Below, piece after piece: positions 12,778 through 21,348 of a DNA stretch of 64,000 bases (its first letter is position 1; every line of letters starts with the position of its first letter). The DNA comes from Eledone cirrhosa. Taxonomy: Eukaryota. The stretch spans positions 295,058,001 through 295,122,000 of the forward strand of contig OZ024742.1 in NCBI GenBank assembly GCA_964016885.1, given 5' to 3'. The position numbers and the translations under genes were made by a program. Under the pieces are notes generated by a model. The model saw only the letters and a program-made list of their open reading frames with translations, did not search any database and had not been told where the DNA came from.

Positions 12778-13008
12778 GGTGTATGTGGGTTAGAAGCGAA
12801 GTCAATGTTCAGAAATATTTTACAAATGTGCGTAAAATTGGCCGGTATAGTGTCTCACACGAAATAGTGTGGTTTCTTTTCACTTGTGTGTATATGCATG
12901 TGGTATGTATCTGTATATAGATTTGTGTGTATATTGTTGTTTATAGATTTTATAGCAGTACATCTTTAATAAACGAAGTCAAATTTTAAATATTTGACTT
13001 AATTACTT

Positions 13009-13050
<42 letters not shown>

Positions 13051-13197
13051 TATTTTCCGTTGTGTTGTAATATAAATATTACACACAGTAGATTATCAGC
13101 TCACGTAGAGTTTGCTCGACGGTTCCAGTTGTAGTTCCAAAAGTAATCCGGAGAAAAATAGAAAGATTTGAATGGATACAGTTTAGTTGAAAGGAAT

Positions 13198-13314
13198 TTA
13201 TTGACACGTGTTTCTATAACAGTTACATAACCTAAAACAGCTATCTACAAACTTTTAGTTATGCAGACATTCAATATTTCAATGTTATTATTTACTGTCA
13301 TTTCATCAGAATAA
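13198..13314 (-). ncRNA. Type I hammerhead ribozyme with long stem II (HHR3)
   Basis: uuauu-CUGAUGA-a-augacagu...acuguuau-a-GAAA-cacgu-GUC^aauaa: 5-bp stem I, palindromic ACACGUGU stem III, canonical GUC site. Confidence 0.82.
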
Positions 13315-13570
13315 TATTACTGAGGACCTATTTAGTTTTTATAGAGAATATTAGGAGGGAGGGGTGAAGTTGTTAGAAGAATAGTTGAAGGAGTGGTTTT
13401 TCGATAGCAGTGAGAATTCTTGGTGGCAGTGAGTAATTAGATTCCCATCTGTTGTTTTGACATTTTTTATAGAATATATTATTGGTTATTTTTCTAAATC
13501 TATAGAAGGATTCTATAGATTTAGAAGCACTCTTTTTTCCTGGACTTTTCCGATGGAATTACTTCATTTA

Positions 13571-13628
<58 letters not shown>

Positions 13629-13719
13629 ATATTAACAAATGGAAACTATATTTATAAAACCATATTTATTTCATTATACATATTTGCTTGTTGTATCCCA
13701 ACAAATTAAATATAACTTC

Positions 13720-13780
<61 letters not shown>

Positions 13781-13784
<4 letters not shown>

Positions 13785-14302
13785 AGATAAGCAGAACAAC
13801 CAAAATTCAACAATTTTTTTAAATAAATTAAAAAAAATATAATTTAAATATTTACCTATTCCAATTGCTTTTACCGATCGGTTTCACTTCACCACAAAAG
13901 ATTGGAAATCCATCGGGACTTCAAATGGAAAAGTTTAGTTCATCAGAAAGCATTTTCCTTTCCTAGGACTAAAAGTCCCAGGAACGGCAAAATATATTGC
14001 CATCTGCCAGCTAGCACAGGATCGAATGGGGCCGAAAATTTGACCTGTACATGAACCAGTCCGTAGTAGAAGCGGAAGTAAACATAGACGTGTTGTCTAC
14101 CTCACCACTAAAAATAGCAGCTAAATAGAACAACAGATTTGTTCTCTACATAACGGAGTTAATTAAAAGAAGTTAATATGCCCACAGGTACTAAGTACCC
14201 CTGGAAATATATAAGTTGTCTATGATACAATGGTTGTTCTATGGTATTAATTTGACATACCAGAACTATAATATTGAGATAAGCAGAACAAGCAAAATTC
14301 AA
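13781..14302 (-). mobile_element. Non-coding ~0.5-kb unit with 30-bp terminal direct repeats and a hammerhead (PLE-pLTR/retrozyme-like)
   Basis: ATTGAGATAAGCAGAACAA(C/G)CAAAATTCAA occurs at 13781-13810 and 14273-14302; the unit is flanked by (TA)n on both sides. Confidence 0.7.
13866..13952 (-). ncRNA. Type I hammerhead ribozyme (HHR4)
   Basis: ugcuuu-CUGAUGA-acu...agu-GAAA-ccgaucg-GUA^aaagca: 6-bp stem I, palindromic ACCGAUCGGU stem III. Confidence 0.82.
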
Positions 14303-14407
14303 TATATATATATATATATATATATAATTCGTCTCTTCGAATTTGTTTTGCGAGATTTCTTATTTGTCTATCTATCTATCAATCTCTTTCCCTCTCTCTG
14401 TCTCTCT

Positions 14408-14438
<31 letters not shown>

Positions 14439-14712
14439 CTTTCACATACACACACACACACACACACACACGTACACCTACACACACACACACCACCTTC
14501 AGCCCTCCCCACCTCCCTCTCCCCACTCCACCTCCACCACCCCTACACGCCCCACACCCTTCCACCACCTGTTTTACTTCATGTTTATTTTTATTTTTAT
14601 TATGCTTTTATATTTAATTTCATTTGTACCGTTTCCTCTCACCCCCTTTTTTTCTATGTGTCTCTCCACCACTCCCCTACACACCCTTGGAACTCTCTTC
14701 CCACACACTTTT

Positions 14713-14746
14713 CACCTGAAGAAGGGCTTATGCCCGAAACGTCGTT
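14713..14746 (+). ncRNA. Minimal Penelope-type hammerhead (HHR5)
   Basis: CTGAAGA-a-GGGC-ttat-GCCC-GAAA-c-GTC, with AATAAA about 40 nt downstream; stem I is weak. Confidence 0.75.
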
Positions 14747-14878
14747 CCCCACCACCACCCCACTCTCAAGATCGTGAAACTAATAAACCTTTGTTCGTAC
14801 TGCCTCTCTGTTTTGTTCCCGTTCAATTTTTTTACTATATATATATATATATATATATTTATTAAAATAACAGATTAA

Positions 14879-14929
14879 AGTTTAAGCAAAGAATCGCTGC
14901 TTTCACCCTTAACGGGATCTTCTGAAACT
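14879..14929 (-). ncRNA. Hammerhead variant with CAGAAGA core (HHR6)
   Basis: Reverse complement of 15633-15683. Confidence 0.6.
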
Positions 14930-15632
14930 AACAAAGTCAATCTGTAAACGCAGAAGTGGATATTTAAAAAAATGTTGCAACCGGAGGAAGACAGGAAGAC
15001 GATACTTTGGTTCGTGGAAACGCTCGCTGGCAAACAACGGGAAAAAACGAATATAATACGTCATTAATAGGAGCGGAGAAAAACAATTACACGCAAAGAC
15101 AGAACCACGTTTATGGTATAAAAGAGGTCGTAGACTAATGTTCTCTTAGGTGGTTCATAGAGACGTTCTCTGGCAATGAACGGAAAAAAACGAAGATAAT
15201 GCGTCATATGTGGAACGTGGAGAACAATTGCACGCAAAGACAAAACCACGTAAATGGTATAGCAGAAGTCGTAGACTAAAATTCTAACTAGGAAACCGAA
15301 TGAATCTCCGCTACAGAGTTAAGAACAAAGTAAATAAATACAATACAGAAGTAATAGAAATAAATAAATACATACACGCAAACAAATACGTACATACACA
15401 AGCATACGCAAAACACTTACCATAGGTATACAAAACCACGCACATATAAATGTGTGTGTGTGTATGCGTGTATACAAATAAATAAATAATTATATAAACA
15501 TATATAAATAAATAAATACGTATATAACAAGCGAGCGAACGTTTCCACGAACCAAAGTATCGCCTTCCTGTCTTCCTCCGGTTGCAACATTTTTTGAAAT
15601 ATCCACTTCTGCGTTTACAGATTGACTTTGTT

Positions 15633-15683
15633 AGTTTCAGAAGATCCCGTTAAGGGTGAAAGCAGCGATTCTTTGCTTAAACT
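15633..15683 (+). ncRNA. Hammerhead variant with CAGAAGA core (HHR7)
   Basis: aguuu-CAGAAGA-u-ccc guuaa ggg-u-GAAA-gca...ug-CUU^aaacu; all three stems can pair. Confidence 0.6.
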
Positions 15684-15790
15684 TTAATCTGTTATTTTAA
15701 TAAATATTTGCTCTACGGTTCTTATATATTTGATATATATTTATCCTTATCGAGCCCTCTTTGGATTTTAGTCTTCAAATTTATTATTAT

Positions 15791-15825
<35 letters not shown>

Positions 15826-15826
<1 letters not shown>

Positions 15827-16260
15827 TTTCTGAATTTGTTTAGCAAGATTCTTTATCTGAAATACTTTGGGAGGGTCATGTTGCCAATAAGAAACACACG
15901 CACCAGTTGTTTTCACTTCAATTTATTATAATAAATTTATAAATTTAGGAATTTATAAATTTCCGGTTGGTTGGTTGGTTCCACAACTAGATGATTGTTT
16001 ATATATTGTCAAAGTTCTTTCGTCACGCATTCTGTGACCTCTTCAGTGACTGGGGGTTCTTTTCTTTGTTTTTGTGCCTCTCCTTTGTTCTGTCCCACGC
16101 CATCTTGTTTTTGTGTGTGTGTTGTGTGCTTAGTTTGCGCATGTGTTACATCCAGGTGTCTGTGTGTGTTTATATTCGTTTACTTATTTGTTTATTTACA
16201 TGTTACTGGTTGGTTGTTTGTTCTATGTGCGTGTGTGTGTTTTCATTTTGTCCTTAATTG
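15826..16260 (-). mobile_element. pLTR-like repeat with hammerhead HHR8 (about 16008-16050), truncated by the RTE at 16262
   Basis: guca-CUGAAGA-g-gucac agaaugc gugac-GAAA-gaa-CUU^ugac; homologous to both arms of the 56.2-57.4 kb palindrome. Confidence 0.72.
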
Positions 16261-16261
16261 T

Positions 16262-18530
16262 AAGAAGGGAAGCAGAGGAAAGAAAGTTCAAGCATGTTCT
16301 ACAACGCGAGGACCAAAAACGTGAGGTTTTCAGGATTGCTAGACAATGTGTCAAGGAGAACCGTGATATTGTCGGGGAGAAGTGTGTCCATAATGATGAT
16401 GGTGTACTGGCTATCACTGACGCTGATAAGAATGTAGCTTGGAAGTGTCACTACGAAAGGCTACTAAATGAGGAGAATAAATGGGAGAAAGACAGCCTCC
16501 CCCACATCGATCCAATAGAGGGACCAGCAGTGCAAGTTGAAGGTAGTATAATAAGTAAGGCAATCAAAGATATGAAGACGGGCAAGGCGACTGGGCCTTC
16601 GGAAATAGTTGCTGAAATGTGAAAGCATCTGGAACGGTGGGACACACTATGGTCACCCGGATAGTAAATCAAGTTATACAGAATCATTCGTACCAAAGGA
16701 CTGGCGTAGCAGCATCATCATTAACTGCTACAAGGGTAAAGGAGACGCCCTAGATAGGGGAAACTATAGAGGCATTAAATTAATTGACCAGGTCATGAAG
16801 GTCACAGAAAAAGTAATAGCGCAACTAATCAGAGAGCGAATTAATCTAGATGAAATGCAGTTCGGGTTTGTGTCAGGTAAAAGTACCACAGACGCTCTTT
16901 TCATTGTACGACAACTACAGAAGAAGTACCTAGCTAAAAGTAAACCCCTCTACTTAGCTTTTGTAGACCTGGAGAAAGCCTTTGACAGAGTCCCCCGCTC
17001 CATTATCTGGTGGGCTCTTAGAAAACTAGGTGTAGATGAATGGTTTGTGAGAGCTATACAAGCCATGTATAAAGAAACAGTCAGCAAGGTTAGTGTTCAT
17101 CAGGGCTCCTTCCTTAGCCCCCTCCTATTTATTATCGCCCTCCAAGCTATAACGGAGGAGTTGAAGACCGGCTGCCCATGGGAACTTCTATACGCAGATG
17201 ATCTAACGCTCATAGCTGAATCAATGGCTGAACTAGAGAAGAAATTCCAAACATGGAAGCATGGCCTAGAATCAAAAGGCCTTAAAGTTAACTTGTCTAA
17301 GACTAAAGTCCTAATATGTAGGAAGGAGAATAGGGCACTGGTCCCATCTGGGAAATGGCCATGCTCAGTGTGTAAGAAAGGAGTAGGCAGAAACTCCATT
17401 TTATGTCCCAAATGCAAAGTATGGGTGCATAAAACATGTAGTGGGATCACAGGTAAGCTAACTAAGAATATAGATTTTATATGTGGCCGGTGCTCTGGTG
17501 CAATAAGTAGCAGCAAGTGCCCACAGAATACTAGCTCATTCCATTGCCCAGATGGTTCTATATAAATAGTGGACACCTTCCGTTACCTGGGTGACAAAAT
17601 CAGCAGTGGTGGAGGGTGCTCTGAAAGTACTGTAGCTAGAGTCCAAACGGGATAGAAAAAGTTCAGAGAGCTTATACCACTATTGGCTGCTAAAGGTTTC
17701 TCTCTAAAAAAAAAAAGGCTGGCTGTATGATGCTTGCATACGAACAGCAATGTTACATGGCAGTGAGACATGGGCCTCGTGTGCAGAGGATCTACGCAGA
17801 CTGGAGAGGAACGAAGCTTGCATGCTCCGTTGAATGTGTAATAGTAATATATGCGAACGGCAAAGCATAAATGAACTAAGTGAGAAATTAGAAATAAGAG
17901 GGATCAGATGTTGTTTACTCGAGAGAAGACTACGTTGGTATGGTCACGTGATGCGCATGAAAGATGACAGCTGTATAAAAAAGTGCAGGGCGATAAAAAT
18001 AGACGGTAGCTACGGAGTAGGCAGACCGAGAAAAACCTGGGACGACTTGATAAAATCCGACCTCACACACTTACACCTCTCCAAGACAATGTCACTGGAC
18101 CGAGATATTTGGCGCTACATAGTAATATAGAAGACCCGCCTTGCCTAAGTACAAAGCGAAACCTACAGTCAGTAGGCACCTCTTAACCAAAATACACCCC
18201 CGACCAACCCTACCCCTACCGCCATCTACACCACCCTTTTTGATGTAAAGCTATGTTGGTACCACAACATCCAGTCCTAAATAAATGAGGTCGTGTAGGT
18301 GTCACGACAAAAAAACACACAGTCCATGCTGTAATGTGGCCGTGTAGGTAACACGGTAAAAACCGCCCAGTCCACACTGTAAATGTGGTTGGTGTTAGGA
18401 AGGGCATCCAGCTGTAGAAAACCCGCCAGACAGTCCTGAGCAAGACAACCAATCTTGCCTCAAGTGGGGCAATTCCCGTCCAGACCCGTGCTAGCATGGA
18501 AGGTGGATGTTAAACGATGATGATGATGAT
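16262..18530 (+). mobile_element. RTE family A, 5'-truncated, with RT, 3' UTR and (GAT)n tail
   Basis: ORFs 16143-16622, 16609-17565 (YADD) and 17834-18130; several frameshifts and stops. Confidence 0.93.
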
Positions 18531-18540
18531 ATATATATAT

Positions 18541-19960
18541 CATCATCACCGTTTTACGTCCGTTCTTCCATGCTAGCATGGGTTAGACGGGTTGTCCTGT
18601 TGTGGGCAGTGTCCAGTCGGCTGACCTTGTCTTGCTCATATGGGAACTGATTCTGGCTTGTCACAATTCTCGGTGACACACTGCCTAGCAATCTTGAACA
18701 CCTCCTGTTTCTGGTCCTCATGTTGCAAAACATGCTTGAATTTTCTATCCTCCGTTTCCCTTCTAGCTAAGTATACTTGTAGCCTAGCTTCCCTCCTGGT
18801 CTCTATGTAATGTACCCTGCTTCCCCCGCTCTTCCATTCTTTCCATGACTGCCTCATCTACCTTATTGTTCCACCACCAAGTCACTCTCCTCCTCCCTGT
18901 GGTCTTGCTCCAACCACAGATCTTGTCTGTCGCCTTTAGTAATTTGTTTTTTAGGAACTCCCAGTGCTCTTCTACATTGAATGTCTCTATCTGTTCTTCT
19001 TTACTGTCATAGGCGTCAAGTAAAATATCTTTAAATCTGTTACTGGCTGAGGGGTCTTTCAGCTTCCAGATCTTTCTTCTCTAGGTTGCCTTCTGTTTCC
19101 AAGTTCGTCTAGTTTTGACAGTGAGGTCGCTGACAACTAAGTTATGTTGGGAGGTACATTCCTCACCAGGGAAGGCTTTTGTGTTTACAACCATCCATCT
19201 ATCACACCCTGTGATGAGGATAAAATCTATCTGACTAGAATGCTCCCCTGATCTATAGGTGATCAGATGGTTGTTGGGTTTTTTGAAGTTTGTGTTACAT
19301 ATCGACATGTCATTGGCATCGCAGAATTCCAGAAGCCTTCTTCATTTCTTGTTCCAAACCCGTGGCCTCCATGGACTCTATAGAAGCCATGACAGTGTTT
19401 ACCAACGTGTCCGTTAAAATCTCCTGCAACTATTAGGAAGACATTGTCATTTGTTAGGGCAGTAGTGTGCATTAGGGACTTATAAAACTTATCCTTAAGT
19501 TCGTCTGGCAACTCCGATTGAGGTGCGTAAGCTGATATTATTGTGGCAATTGTTTTATTCAAGACTAGTCTGAGTTTTATGTTCCTTGCGTTCACCCTGT
19601 TCACTGAGATTACCTTATCAACCCATTTGTCAGCTAATAGTATACCTACACCACCCATCCTGTTGTCATTTCCCACCCAGAAAAATTTGTAGCGCTGACT
19701 TTTGCCTACAAGGACTCTAGCGAACTCTCCTCTCCATCTAATCTCTTGCACACAGCATACATCAATTTCCTTTTGCTCTAGCATCTCTACAATTTCTCCT
19801 GCCCTTCCTTTCATTGTGCTTACAATGATGGTTCCAATATTGATGAAGTTTTGGACATTTGCCATCACTCATAAAATGGGGTGAATTTTTGTGGGGGGTA
19901 TGCTTTCTGTCTCTGGATTAAAGCTTCGCATGGGTGCTTGGTAACTCGTGGATTCATATT
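18541..19960 (-). mobile_element. RTE family A' copy: endonuclease region fused by internal deletion to the 3' tail
   Basis: ORF 19263-19868 has APE motifs (CCVQEIRW, SAYAPQ, GDFNGHVG). At about 18660 the coding sequence joins directly to the terminal ~120 bp of the 3' UTR. Confidence 0.88.
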
Positions 19961-20300
19961 CATTTATTAATTCGGGGTTCTTCCATTTATCCTCAGCTCA
20001 TCCATAGATATCAGTAAAACAATTATTATTTAGTGCAGGGTTGGGGTGAAAAGATAAAAAGTGAAGTAGGTCTGAGCAGTATTCAAAAACAAATACTGGG
20101 AAGATTAAGAAAATATTATATCCAATGCTGTAACAACTCTTTTAAATTATCTGTTTATAAACTACAATTGTTACTATTATACTATAAAGTTTCGTTAATA
20201 ATGGTTGAATCATGTTAAGCAATGTCCAATTTACCAATTCATAAACAATACAATTCATTATTCATATACTTAAAATAAAACATTAAGTACTTATTTTCAG

Positions 20301-20547
20301 ATTATTCTTGACTTTCTTTTGCACTCCTTTTCTTCATATACGTGAATAAGATTGATAGATGTTAGAATCAGAAGAGCAGTGGCCAAAAGTCCTTGTGATA
20401 TTTTGTTACTTTGCATTGTGAGTCCCAATCTCCACGAGATTGGTTTTACTTTTGGCCTTTTTTCTTTGAGAAAATATCTACCAGCTAAATACTGGAATAG
20501 ATGTAATCAATTGTCACATCTCCATAAGTGTGTCACTTAGTATCTAA
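20301..20547 (+). other. Possible non-coding 5' UTR exon of the 744-aa gene
   Basis: TTATTTTCAG acceptor at 20300 and GTAAGA donor at 20548 bracket non-repetitive sequence upstream of the 21329 acceptor. Confidence 0.3.
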
Positions 20548-20620
20548 GTAAGAAAGAAAATTACTTATGATTAAAACAAACATTTAAATATAATCATCCT
20601 CCCATTTAAATAATTTTGTA

Positions 20621-21265
20621 ATAATTGTTTCTACTTTTGGCACAAGGCCAGCAATTACCCAGTACATCACATGATGAAGGCGCATGACTTAGTGGTTAGA
20701 GCATTGGGTTTGCAATTGAAAGGTTGTGGGTTCAATTCTCGGACCGGGTGATGTGTTGTTTCCTTGAGCAAGACACTTTATTTCACATTGCTCCAGTTTA
20801 CTCAGCTGTAGAATGAGATGATAGGGACTGGGGTCCCTATCATTCCACTGCAAAGTGGTCGTGTAGGCGCCACGGCAAAATAAGCACCCAGCCCACACTG
20901 TAAAGTGGACGTGTAGGCGCCACAGAAAAAAAGCACCCAGCACTCACTGTAAATGAGGTTGGTGTTAGGAAGGACATCCAGCTGTAGAAATCAAGCCAGA
21001 ATCAGTTCCCGTATGAGCAAGACAAGGTCAGCCGACTGGACACTGCCCACAACAGGACAACCCATCTAACCAATGCTAGCATGGAAGAATGGATGTAAAA
21101 CGGTGATGATGATCATGATGATGATTACTGGTACTTTATTTTATCGACCCCGTAAGGTTGAAAGGCAAAGTTAACTTCGGCAGGATTTGAACTCAGAAGG
21201 GCCGTAACTCTATGTGTCAAAGCATGGCGTCTGACCCTCTACCGATACTGCCAATCCACCGCCCT
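20621..21265 (-). mobile_element. Meta-like tRNA SINE split by a nested SINE
   Basis: 20621-20667 plus 21125-21265 rejoin to match the intact copy at 30225-30405. Confidence 0.8.
20678..21125 (+). mobile_element. tRNA-derived SINE with RTE-A' 3' tail
   Basis: A box TGACTTAGTGG, B box GGTTCAATTC, central CCTTGAGCAAGACACTT..CTCAGCTGTA domain. The 3' ~200 bp is nearly identical to the RTE tail at 61945-62136. Confidence 0.85.
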
Positions 21266-21348
21266 TGTAATAACGATACTAAAATATATCTTCATTGCTT
21301 TATATATTCTATATTTATTTTATTTGCAGATAACAAAATACAGTTGCC

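Larger units (their letters stand above)
8255..12950 (-). mobile_element. Apparently full-length CR1-type LINE (~4.7 kb) with (ATT)n 3' tail
   Basis: ORF1 and ORF2 are present, with an (ATT)n tail at about 8254-8265. Both boundaries are defined by the interrupted inverted-repeat arm. Confidence 0.88.
14854..15707. mobile_element. pLTR-like inverted repeat unit (arms ~14854-15028 and ~15530-15707) carrying two variant hammerheads
   Basis: Near-perfect ~175-bp inverted arms; the spacer contains a ~140-bp tandem duplication; AATAAA follows the ribozyme. Confidence 0.72.

Noticed and set aside
20678-20750. tRNA gene
   Set aside because: It is the tRNA-like head of a SINE and continues into the SINE core and LINE tail.
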